From positions 606 to 64,605 of the forward strand of contig CAMCYG010000001.1 in NCBI GenBank assembly GCA_945883775.1: 64,000 bases of DNA. The letters are read 5' to 3'. Positions 24,967-33,371 of the stretch are shown here, one piece after another. The DNA comes from Victivallis vadensis (GTDB lineage Bacteria; Verrucomicrobiota; Kiritimatiellia; UBA8416; CAMCYG01). The notes under the pieces were generated by a model, which ran no database searches, had not been told where the DNA came from, and saw only the letters and a program-made list of their open reading frames with translations. Both the position numbers and the translations under genes were made by a program. Position 1 is the stretch's first letter. The number at the start of each line of letters is the position of its first letter.

Positions 24967-25887
24967 AGATCTCGAAGGCGCTACGCAACCCCGATCCGAA
25001 TCGGCGTTGCTCTCGCGCTGTGGTGTTCGCTACCGCTCACCTGTGTAATAAGCCCCCGCGCTCCGGCGCAATGCATGCGCCAGGCAATCAACGAGGACGT
25101 TCATTGCCTGTCACACGCATTGCTACATGCCTCCGCTTGCCCCGAAGAGAAGCACCCCGCCACTATCGTGGCCCCAATCGGTATGCTTGATAAGAAACGG
25201 CGGCGGCTATGATGAACGGTGACGCTGGAAGCCGCTGCAATGATCCGGGACAAGGCCGAAGCCTCGGCCTGCTTTCCCCGGCACCGGCAAGCCGCTTGGC
25301 CCGCGCCCGAATCCTGAAGCAGACCGCCTCAAAGTCTCGGCATTCGCTTCAGGACCGCCCGAACGTCGCATAACGCATGCATTATGCGTCCGTTCACCCA
25401 TTCGACGCGCTCGCAGACTCGCTTGCTCAGGGTTCACACGTTCGGGCTTTCGGCTTTGCCCCGTTTGCCGCAAGGCGGCTGCACGGGGGCGCACGCCGCG
25501 CCCTCGCAAAGCTACGGGCCCTACGGGCTGGAACAAAACCATGTTTTGTTCCCTTGCCTTATGCCCGGATCACCGCAGCGGCAATAGCACCGTGAAAGAA
25601 TAGATGCCGCCGCCTTCAAACCCCCAAGCCCCCGGAAGCCGGGGGATGTTGAGCGTCACCGGCTCGTTGCGTCTTCCGCCTTCGCAAGGCCTACGGCGGG
25701 ACATGTCGCACGGCGCCGGAACGCACGCCGGGCAGTCAATGAAGATGATAGGCCGGGAGGGGGACTTTGAGGACGATGATGACGTGGATGACAAGCAGTT
25801 GAGCAATGTAAGAAAAAACCCTACATACAGAAATTCCACCAAATGATACATTTCAGCCTTCTTTGTTATAGTCAAAGGAGGCGAATA
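24967..25887. other. 0.9-kb GC-rich, hairpin-dense non-coding tract
   Basis: It holds only short Arg/Pro/Ala-rich ORFs on both strands. Perfect or near-perfect hairpins lie at 25081-25110, 25252-25270, 25366-25388, 25530-25552 and 25629-25645. A hand count of line 25441 gives about 73 percent GC. Confidence 0.6.
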
Positions 25888-26643
25888 ATGGATGCAGGAT
25901 TCATCCCTGATAACGGCGGATACAGGAATCTCGTTTCATACAGGAAAACGGTTATCATCTATGACGCAACGGTGTATTTCTGTAAACGGTTTTTCAGACA
26001 TGATCGAAGACAGACCGATCAGATGGAGCAGGCGGCACGGAGCGGAAAGCAGAACATAGCTGAGGGTTCCCTAGCATCAGCCACATCAAAGCAAACGGAA
26101 ATACACCTGACAAATGTTGCACGCGCAAGCCTCGGAGAACTGCAGGAAGATTACGAAGATTTTCTGCGACTGCGGAAGTTGCCAGCGTGGCATAAGGATT
26201 ATAATTCTGCGCTACGCCTAACAGAGTTGTCGAGGCGTGTTCCGGATGTTTATGCCGAATATGCAGAACTGATAGAGAATGAGTCGGCGGAAATTTCTGC
26301 AAATACCATCCGACATCTGATACTGCAGGCCTGCTACATGCTGAACAGGCAGATAAAGCGGCTGGAGCAGGATTTTCTGCAGAAAGGCGGAATCCGCGAG
26401 CGGATGACCGCCGCAAGGAAGGCTTTTATATTGTCCTCGTCTTCCATCCCGTCGTCAGATATTCCGTCGTCTCCGTCATCACTGTCATCTCCGTCCTCGC
26501 ATCCTCCCTATCCCCCTCTCCCTCTATGCCCGCTCTGCAATTCACCGATGATGCTGCGCACGGCGAGGAAGGGTATAAATACCGGGAAATCTTTTTACGG
26601 CTGTTCAATCTATCCTGACTGCCGCGGAACGATGGAGATATAG
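25888..26643 (+). CDS. four-helix-bundle (23S rRNA IVS protein/Avd-like) protein with suffix domain, Ser/Pro linker and topoisomerase-type zinc ribbon
   Basis: ATG 25888 follows AGGAGG. QMEQAARSGKQNIAEGS is typical of PF05635-type bundles. LEQDFLQKGGIRERMTAARKA is suffix-like. The C-terminus is CPLCNSPMMLRTARKGINTGKSFYGCSIYPDCRGT. Confidence 0.75.
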   Translation: MDAGFIPDNGGYRNLVSYRKTVIIYDATVYFCKRFFRHDRRQTDQMEQAARSGKQNIAEGSLASATSKQTEIHLTNVARASLGELQEDYEDFLRLRKLPAWHKDYNSALRLTELSRRVPDVYAEYAELIENESAEISANTIRHLILQACYMLNRQIKRLEQDFLQKGGIRERMTAARKAFILSSSSIPSSDIPSSPSSLSSPSSHPPYPPLPLCPLCNSPMMLRTARKGINTGKSFYGCSIYPDCRGTMEI

Positions 26644-26661
26644 ACGTTGCCAGAAATGACA

Positions 26662-26928
26662 CTACATCACCATCTTGACGCCCTGAATCAGGCGCAGCTC
26701 CTGATCTATTTTTTTCATTTTTTCAGACGATTCAACCATGGTGCTTATGTTAAAACTGATGTACTTACCCCCGCCGGATGTGTTCACTTTCTCTACAGGG
26801 CTCGTTATGCCGAGTTCGAGCAAAACCGTCTCAATTACAAAATGCATATTGTCCAGGTTATCGGTGATCACTCTAAAATGACACAGCAGTGGAAACTCTA
26901 ATTCCTGTTCATTGGGCTTGTTGATCAT
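26662..26928 (-). CDS. DUF493/YbeD-family protein
   Basis: LEFPLLCHFRVIT, SGGGKYISFNIST and VKMVM align by eye with E. coli YbeD (LEFPTPFTYKVMG, SSKGNYHSVSITI, VRMVL). Confidence 0.85.
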   Translation of the reverse strand: MINKPNEQELEFPLLCHFRVITDNLDNMHFVIETVLLELGITSPVEKVNTSGGGKYISFNISTMVESSEKMKKIDQELRLIQGVKMVM

Positions 26929-26977
26929 CTTGCACCCGATCTGTGTATTGCCATAGGCCGGAATTAATTGACATTCT

Positions 26978-27190
26978 TTACTTCACCACCGAGATCGTCT
27001 TCCCGCCAAACTCAACCGTCTGTCCGGGAAGTATCTTACAGCGCTTGCGCAACTCCACTGCCCCGTTAACTCGCACCTTGCCGTGCCCAATAACGGTCTT
27101 TGCCGCCCCACCACTGTCACACAGTTCCCGAAGTTTTAACAGATCACATAGGGCCACAAAAGGTCTTCCACTCAAGCTGAATTCACTCAT
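26978..27190 (-). CDS. ybcJ: S4-domain RNA-binding protein YbcJ
   Basis: MSEFSLSGRPFVALCDLLKL...VRVNGAVELRKRCKILPGQTVEF aligns closely with E. coli YbcJ over the full 70 aa. Confidence 0.9.
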   Translation of the reverse strand: MSEFSLSGRPFVALCDLLKLRELCDSGGAAKTVIGHGKVRVNGAVELRKRCKILPGQTVEFGGKTISVVK

Positions 27191-27246
27191 ATTATCCTAA
27201 TATCTCCAAAGATGGCTTTGCCCACACCCAAACTGTAAGCATTCTC

Positions 27247-27411
27247 AAAGCTGTACTACTATCCGTCAAATATTTGTTTTTCTGCAAAGATTTTTGACAG
27301 AATGAACAAAATTAACAAAATATTATCATCCCATTCTGTACATTCTGATAATTCTGTCGAAATCTCTTTGGTTGTGGCCCTCATGGGCTACGTTAAGAGA
27401 ATATCGGGCTC
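27247..27411 (-). repeat. repeat family C, copy 2 (long form, reverse)
   Basis: The reverse complement aligns with 51238-51402, including the extension gtcaaaaatct...gacggatagtagtacagctt. Confidence 0.9.
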
Positions 27412-27412
27412 G

Positions 27413-28147
27413 TTAATTGCCCATGCCCTGCATCATTTTCATCATACCGCTCATCATCATTTCCTGCATTGATCCGTATTTGGTTGCACCGGCTGGCGGC
27501 TCGAAGAGGGAGTCGGCAGGGGTTGCGGTGTTGATGTCACGGAAGAGCATTGTCGCTGTTCCTTCGCCAGTGGTCGTTACCACCTTCACGGGCATGCCTT
27601 TAAGTTCCTTTGCTTCCCAGGTGGTGACTTCGGTTTTTGTTCCGTCCTTAGCAGTAGCGATGTTGAGCACTTTTTCGCAGTTGTATTTGTCCACTTTCTC
27701 CGTGCCCAGAACCTTGCGGTCAATCTTCGGTGCTTCGGTGCCAGAGGCCTTTGCGTCCGGTATGGCGATTTGAGCGTAGGCCTTGAGGCCGGGCATTACG
27801 TGGTAAACAACCTTCTTGTCAGGGCGGGTAATCATGACCATCTTGTCGAGTCCGGGCGGCATGGCGCCGGCAGGTGCTCCGGAGGCGCTGGCCATTTTGC
27901 CAATATCCATATCCATCCTGGCCTTGCCTTTGCTGATTGCCATTTGAAACTCCATTGGTCCTGTTTTTGACGCGCGCGCTGAGCCGGTCATCGTCATGAC
28001 GACCTTTGCCGTCAGTGACTGTTTGCTCATGACCTGCTGAAACTTTTCCATTGCATTAGCGGCTGGCGCCGAAGGATCCTTATCTGCGGCCATGACCAGA
28101 AACGGGGCAACCAGCGTAGCTAACAAACCAATCATAATCTTTTGCAT
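27413..28147 (-). CDS. exported LolA-like/DUF4412-like protein with Met-rich C-terminal tail
   Basis: ATG 28147 follows AAGGAGAG. Signal peptide MQKIMIGLLATLVAPFLVMAADK. The tail is YGSMQEMMMSGMMKMMQGMGN. Confidence 0.6.
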   Translation of the reverse strand: MQKIMIGLLATLVAPFLVMAADKDPSAPAANAMEKFQQVMSKQSLTAKVVMTMTGSARASKTGPMEFQMAISKGKARMDMDIGKMASASGAPAGAMPPGLDKMVMITRPDKKVVYHVMPGLKAYAQIAIPDAKASGTEAPKIDRKVLGTEKVDKYNCEKVLNIATAKDGTKTEVTTWEAKELKGMPVKVVTTTGEGTATMLFRDINTATPADSLFEPPAGATKYGSMQEMMMSGMMKMMQGMGN

Positions 28148-28232
28148 ACTGATACTCTCCTTTGTTCGTTTTGTGAATTGCCTACAGAACCAAACTGGGC
28201 GAGCGGTGTCAAACAATAAGAGGCCTGATGTC

Positions 28233-28417
28233 TTTTACATTTTACAGGGTGCATTGCAGCTCTGCCTGGAACCCCTGCCGGCTTGACCGGCAGGTGAATA
28301 AGACAGTTGGCAAATCAACCCCGAAGGTTGATTTGCTTTGGGCAACAGTCTTGTTCACCTGCGACACAAGGTCGCAGGGGTCAAACCCGGCAGGTCTGCA
28401 AAGCGCCCTCTTTTACA
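28233..28417 (-). mobile_element. palindromic MITE-like element family D, copy 2 (reverse), flanked by ttttaca
   Basis: By eye it aligns at roughly 85 percent with the reverse complement of copy 1. ttttaca lies at 28240-28246 and at 28411-28417. Confidence 0.6.
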
Positions 28418-28465
28418 TGTAACCTTTAACTTTTAACATCACAGCCATATCGCATGATGTGGCGT

Positions 28466-30394
28466 CTATTTCTCACTGGGGATCACTATCCCGCGCATGA
28501 TGATCTTCTGGCAGAAGACAAATATCACAAACGTCGGAATGGCCGCTATGATCAATGACGCGTACACCACCGGCTGAGAGCATCTCTGCTGGAGCTGATA
28601 CAGCCACACCATAAGCGTCCACATACGCTCATCCTGGCAGATAAGCAGCGCAAACATGAAGTTCCCGTATGCCAGCGTAAAAGCATGCAGAGCTATGACC
28701 GACAGGATAGGCTTCGACAGGCTCATTGTGATATGCCAGAACATCGTCCACTCACCCGCCCCGTCGATCTGCGCACTCTCGTACAACTCACGCGGGAGTG
28801 AATCAAAGAAACCTTTCAGAAGAAATATCGAGTATCCGCTGGCAAGACCCGGAAGCAGCAGTGCCGCAAATGTGTTCAGCAGGCCAAATTCCCTGAGCAT
28901 CAGAAAAACCGGTATCTGTGTCACCATCGGCGGGAATGCCATCGTCAGCATAAGGAACAGAAGGATTTTGTAGGAGGTCGGAAGTTTGTACCGGCTCAGC
29001 GCATATGCCGCCATCGGATTCACTATCAGCGCCAGCACAACCGCCAGAAAGCAGTACCAGACCGTGTTCCAAACCCCGCGCCCGTGGAACACCATATAAT
29101 CGAGCACTGTCCGGTAATTACGAGAAAGGAATTCTCGCCTGATCTCGCTTTTGTTCTTAAGGAATGCCGCATAATGCATGTCCCTCTGTGGCGGATATAT
29201 CCCATCAGCATTCTGGTAGCCAGCAAGGGTGAAAATCGGCACATCGTCATTGATTGTATATTTATTCGTCAGAAACCTGCGGAATCTGGACTCGGGAGAC
29301 TCAATATTGATCGCCTGCAATGGGGCCACGAACACTCTGCCGGAAGCCTTATCTGTCCAGCCGGAAAGATAAAGCTCAAAGTCGGAAAGCTCGCTGCTTG
29401 ACGCCGATGCAGGATCTGGAATCCTAACTTCAACAGGCCCACTGTAATTCCGGCCATGAGCCCTACCCGCCTGCGCAAGTCCGCCGTATTTACAAATCAC
29501 GTATTCCGCATAATCGGAACGAGCCACATCTGACACTCTGACCCAAAGCGGGTTGAGTGTATTGCGCACAAAATCCTCCCAATCCGAAAGGCCTGCACCT
29601 TTCGGAGCGAAGTCCGCGAGGCGGACTTCAGAATAAGATTTATAGGCAGTTTTGTGCGCCTTGTTGTAGCGGCCAATATCGTTGGAGTACCGGGCCTTGA
29701 TATAGCGTTCCCGGTAGAAACCTTCCACACTTAGGTAATATCTGCTCTCTAACGGCTGGCTCAGCTTAAACAGATCGAACTCAGCGGCAAACTTACCGGA
29801 CGCCTGCCTGACATAGCGCGGCAGACATTCCTGGCCGAGGATCAGCGACCTATCGCCAGCAGTGGATTCGAAATACCAGTTCCAGCCTGAGAAATGCGTA
29901 TCGAGTGCGCTATTGACTGACCCAATGTCGCCGGAATATTTCTTTGAGACATAGTCACGGAATCTGCGCTGACCGGCCGGGACAACCTTGGATTCACGCG
30001 CATCTATATAACCGCAGCTGAACATGTAGGCCGGGAGCTTCTCTTTTGCCAAGAACTCATTCCATTCAGCCAGCAAGGCCGGGTTGCTACAGACAGAAGG
30101 CCGTTTAACATCCTTGAATGTCAGATTATCAACGCCATAAACCTCCCGCATTGTGACAACCGATTCATTGAAGAATCCTTCCATGTGCTTCCTGTATAGC
30201 GAAGCGTCATCATGCAGGTATCTTGGGTACAGGTCGTATTCGCGGGAGTCCACACTGCTTTTGACACTGCCAGAGAGCATAATCAGAAACGGGTAGACCA
30301 TCGTCACAGCGCCAAGCGTCAAAAGCATATAGATCATGCTCAACAGGAGCATGATTTTCGCGCTTCTTCTTCCAGTTTTTCCGATTATAGACAT
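28466..30394 (-). CDS. carbohydrate ABC transporter permease (MalG-like) with an extracytoplasmic insert of about 400 aa
   Basis: One N-terminal TM helix, a long soluble region, then a five-helix permease core with the EAA loop ESAQIDGAGEWTMFWHITMSLSKP. Confidence 0.8.
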   Translation of the reverse strand: MSIIGKTGRRSAKIMLLLSMIYMLLTLGAVTMVYPFLIMLSGSVKSSVDSREYDLYPRYLHDDASLYRKHMEGFFNESVVTMREVYGVDNLTFKDVKRPSVCSNPALLAEWNEFLAKEKLPAYMFSCGYIDARESKVVPAGQRRFRDYVSKKYSGDIGSVNSALDTHFSGWNWYFESTAGDRSLILGQECLPRYVRQASGKFAAEFDLFKLSQPLESRYYLSVEGFYRERYIKARYSNDIGRYNKAHKTAYKSYSEVRLADFAPKGAGLSDWEDFVRNTLNPLWVRVSDVARSDYAEYVICKYGGLAQAGRAHGRNYSGPVEVRIPDPASASSSELSDFELYLSGWTDKASGRVFVAPLQAINIESPESRFRRFLTNKYTINDDVPIFTLAGYQNADGIYPPQRDMHYAAFLKNKSEIRREFLSRNYRTVLDYMVFHGRGVWNTVWYCFLAVVLALIVNPMAAYALSRYKLPTSYKILLFLMLTMAFPPMVTQIPVFLMLREFGLLNTFAALLLPGLASGYSIFLLKGFFDSLPRELYESAQIDGAGEWTMFWHITMSLSKPILSVIALHAFTLAYGNFMFALLICQDERMWTLMVWLYQLQQRCSQPVVYASLIIAAIPTFVIFVFCQKIIMRGIVIPSEK

Positions 30395-30430
30395 AACAAT
30401 AATTAGTAATTACTAATTACCAATTAATAT
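30395..30430. repeat. AATTANN heptad array A between the two permease genes
   Basis: aacaat aattagt aattact aattacc aattaat. Confidence 0.75.
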
Positions 30431-30462
30431 TTTCTTATCATCCAATTATGCTCGGCACGCTT

Positions 30463-30506
30463 GTAAATTAGTAATTATTAATTCGTAATTCATAATTTCT
30501 AATCAT
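30463..30506. repeat. TAATTNN heptad array B between the two permease genes
   Basis: aaattag taattat taattcg taattca taatttc taatcat. Confidence 0.75.
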
Positions 30507-33286
30507 CACATTTTATCCGATGTTTTGAATTCCATCTTCGACAGCATCTTGAGCTGATTGACTGTAAACCCTATCAGGATAAAGCCCAGCACCCAGGCCA
30601 TTGCCGTTGCAGGGCCGAACCGCAGATAAACAAACGCTTCGAAGAAAATGTGCAGACCGGCGACATCTGTACCGGCAACGCCGCCGGTCATAGCCAGTAT
30701 ATTAGCGGCGGCATTCCATGACCCGATGAACACACCTATGAAATTGATGATGATCAAGGCTTTGAGCATGGGAAACACAACGAAGAGGATCTTGTCGATG
30801 AACGTAGCACCGTCGATATCCGCCACTTCGTACATATCATCGGGAATGCTCAACAAAGCTGCGAGGTAGATGAGACAGCCCGGGCCTATCCCGGCCCAGA
30901 CCATTGGGAGGACACAGCCCAGCATCGCTGTGTCAGGACTCTCCAGCCAGCGATAGGGCTTGTTAAGCGTGGAGAACAGGCTCTGCAGAAGAGGTTGGCC
31001 TGAATCTGAGATTATCGGGAGCGCTACCTTAATGACAGTTCCGGCCGCCAGCACACCAGCCGCCAGCACTATCATACCCCACAACTTTGCATGATGTTGA
31101 AACAAGCGCCGGGCAAACATATAAGAGACCACCAGAAGAAGAATGCCTACAATCAGAAACACAGCGGCAGGAATCTGCATCAGTATCGCATTGAGCGCAC
31201 CGCTCTCATCAGGATCGTAGAACGATTTCCAGAGAAGGATGGTCACAAGTCCTGATATCACAGCTGGCAGATAGTAAACGCTCCGGAAAAACATTCTGCC
31301 GGCCGGTATCTCCTGCAGAAATATTGCCAGAACAATAGGCGGCAGAAATGTAAGCGCTATTACCAGAAAACTGTATCTCAAAGAATTCCACAGGGAAAGC
31401 CACCACTCCATTGACCACAGAACATCGCCGAAGTTATCCAACCAGACCCACTTGGACGAACCCATGACATTATAATCCTGGAATGCAATAAGCAGGCCCT
31501 TTAACAACGGCAAATACTGCCACAAGAATACCGTTCCGGCCGCAGGTACTAGAAGGAAATACGCCCAGGCATATTTCCGAAAATGCCAACCGGTCTGCAT
31601 TCCTGCAACAGTCGGCGGCGTGAACGACCGGACAACACGCAGAAGCATCAGCCAGAATACAAGGCACATCGTGATTAAGGCAGCGAGGGCAGTCCATCTT
31701 CGTATCATGCGATCTCTTTCGGGAAGATTACCGAAAGTCTCGGCATTGGCTTTACCCGTGGAAAGTGACAACATACCCTTCATAATCCCTTGGCGAGCAA
31801 CCTCATCGTCGGGCAGGCTTCCGGCAATCATCCGCTCCCGGGCATCTTCAAGCGGCCGGCTCATCACTTCGTAAATCGCACTGCAATTTTCCTCGTATGG
31901 CTCGGGCCGGCCTGAAGAAACCGCAATACTAAAACAATCCGACCAGCCTTCCGGCGATAGTTTTATGACATCATCATAGCCAAACATTTTAAGATAAAGC
32001 GGATTAAGGAATCGGCCATATCCGCCTTCGACCAGGATCTTCGTCCTGATGCGTGCGGCATCGATACTGTCGTAGAACTTGATATATTCCCATGCGGCAT
32101 CACGGACAACCGGGTCCTCGATTCCGGCAAAGACGCCCATCATCCTGCTGTTAAGTTCGCCTGCCCTTTTGCCGGTCGGGCCTTTAGACACAGGAACCAT
32201 GCCGGTCAGATCTGGATTGATTGAAGCAAACATCTTCTCATCGATATACTCGAACATCATCGCGATCTCGCCACGCTCCCACTTTCCCACTGCCGTGGCA
32301 GGGTCACGGTAGGCATAGCCGTATCTCTGCCGGCCATTTTTGTCGGTCCATGGCTCGGCGCAAAGCCGCGTATAGAAATCCAGCGCCTTTGCGGCTTCGG
32401 GCGTATCATAGATGGCCTTGACATGACCGTCGGCGGTCTTTTCAAGGACTTCACCGCCGGCAGACCACAGAAAGCTTAGCCAGTATGCTGCTTCGTGCCG
32501 GCTCCGGTTGATCAGAATCCCATATACACCATTAGCCGGATCTGAGAGTTTTCTGCAGATCCTGATGAGATCATCCCAATTCCAATCAGCAGTCGGATAA
32601 GGAACACCTGCCTGGTCAAAAATATCTTTCCGATAAATGATGACTTTCCCAAGTGCGCCGCCATATGGCATGGTCCAAATCCGCTCAAGCCCCTCAGCAC
32701 CAGCCCTCTTTATCACAGGATAAAGCTTCTCATTGATCCTGAATTTTTTCTCCTCGCTTGAAAGCGAGCCGAAATAGCCATCAGCCGGATCATCCAGAGG
32801 ATAAAGGAACCCTTTGGAGATATAAGTTCCCGATTGGCGGAAGTTGACATACATCACATCAGGCGCTACACGTCCGGCGATAGCCATGAGATTACCCATC
32901 CCAAGATGGCCGCCGAGATTGCCTATCTTTATGCCGGAATACTGATGGAGCTCCAGCCTCACCCTGCCCCAATCGTGTGACCCATAGCGCGCTTTATTCG
33001 AGGAATATTTCGCCTTATATCTGTCCTTGATAATCTGCGGATAGACACGCTGGAATTCACGGACAACCGCGCAATCCGCCTGGATCGGCGCCTCGCGTCG
33101 GCTCGCATCAGGCAGCTCAAACACCTTGAGGTGAACGACTGTCCCATCAGCAACATCCTCTACATTACCGGCAATGGCTCGAGGAGTGATAGACAAGACA
33201 GACAGACCGCAGGCCATAACCCTTAAGCATATGGACCAAGTCATCAAGGCCAAACCATTCACAACCGTTTTGTAGATTTCTCTCAT
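30506..33286 (-). CDS. fusion of extracellular solute-binding protein and ABC permease (MalF-like)
   Basis: N-terminal anchor, then an SBP-like region of about 480 aa, then a multi-TM permease with the EAA loop EVADIDGATFIDKILFVVFPMLKA. Start set at MREIYK (33286). The listed start at 33418 overlaps the upstream gene by 47 nt. Confidence 0.75.
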   Translation of the reverse strand: MREIYKTVVNGLALMTWSICLRVMACGLSVLSITPRAIAGNVEDVADGTVVHLKVFELPDASRREAPIQADCAVVREFQRVYPQIIKDRYKAKYSSNKARYGSHDWGRVRLELHQYSGIKIGNLGGHLGMGNLMAIAGRVAPDVMYVNFRQSGTYISKGFLYPLDDPADGYFGSLSSEEKKFRINEKLYPVIKRAGAEGLERIWTMPYGGALGKVIIYRKDIFDQAGVPYPTADWNWDDLIRICRKLSDPANGVYGILINRSRHEAAYWLSFLWSAGGEVLEKTADGHVKAIYDTPEAAKALDFYTRLCAEPWTDKNGRQRYGYAYRDPATAVGKWERGEIAMMFEYIDEKMFASINPDLTGMVPVSKGPTGKRAGELNSRMMGVFAGIEDPVVRDAAWEYIKFYDSIDAARIRTKILVEGGYGRFLNPLYLKMFGYDDVIKLSPEGWSDCFSIAVSSGRPEPYEENCSAIYEVMSRPLEDARERMIAGSLPDDEVARQGIMKGMLSLSTGKANAETFGNLPERDRMIRRWTALAALITMCLVFWLMLLRVVRSFTPPTVAGMQTGWHFRKYAWAYFLLVPAAGTVFLWQYLPLLKGLLIAFQDYNVMGSSKWVWLDNFGDVLWSMEWWLSLWNSLRYSFLVIALTFLPPIVLAIFLQEIPAGRMFFRSVYYLPAVISGLVTILLWKSFYDPDESGALNAILMQIPAAVFLIVGILLLVVSYMFARRLFQHHAKLWGMIVLAAGVLAAGTVIKVALPIISDSGQPLLQSLFSTLNKPYRWLESPDTAMLGCVLPMVWAGIGPGCLIYLAALLSIPDDMYEVADIDGATFIDKILFVVFPMLKALIIINFIGVFIGSWNAAANILAMTGGVAGTDVAGLHIFFEAFVYLRFGPATAMAWVLGFILIGFTVNQLKMLSKMEFKTSDKM

Positions 33287-33371
33287 TCCGTCAAATATCC
33301 ACTGAACCGCTGAAATACAGTCGGGCGCGTACGCCCCATAGGGATAAAAAAGAGCACAGATATACTGCTTC

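Noticed and set aside
24963-25875. ORFs of 67-111 aa on both strands in the GC-rich tract (24963..25190, 25207..25542, 25377..25595, 25570..25875, 25604..25846).
   Set aside because: They overlap one another, are rich in Arg, Pro, Ala and Gly as expected from GC-rich non-coding DNA, and have no ribosome-binding sites or motifs.
24967-25887. The possibility that the GC-rich tract is RNase P RNA, tmRNA or SRP RNA.
   Set aside because: By eye I found none of the universal strings: the GAGGAAAGTCC P4 strand, a tRNA-like acceptor/T-arm end with CCA, or the SRP GGAA tetraloop helix context. This was only a visual check, and an Rfam scan is still needed.
21782-26643. A diversity-generating retroelement, considered because an Avd-like four-helix-bundle gene is present.
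   Set aside because: No reverse transcriptase ORF is present, and I could see no template/variable repeat pair. The upstream exported protein has no C-terminal variable-region-like segment.
30395-30506. CRISPR array, considered for the heptad arrays and the dispersed repeats.
   Set aside because: The units are 7 nt and contiguous, with no spacers. The dispersed families are not regularly spaced. No cas genes are present.
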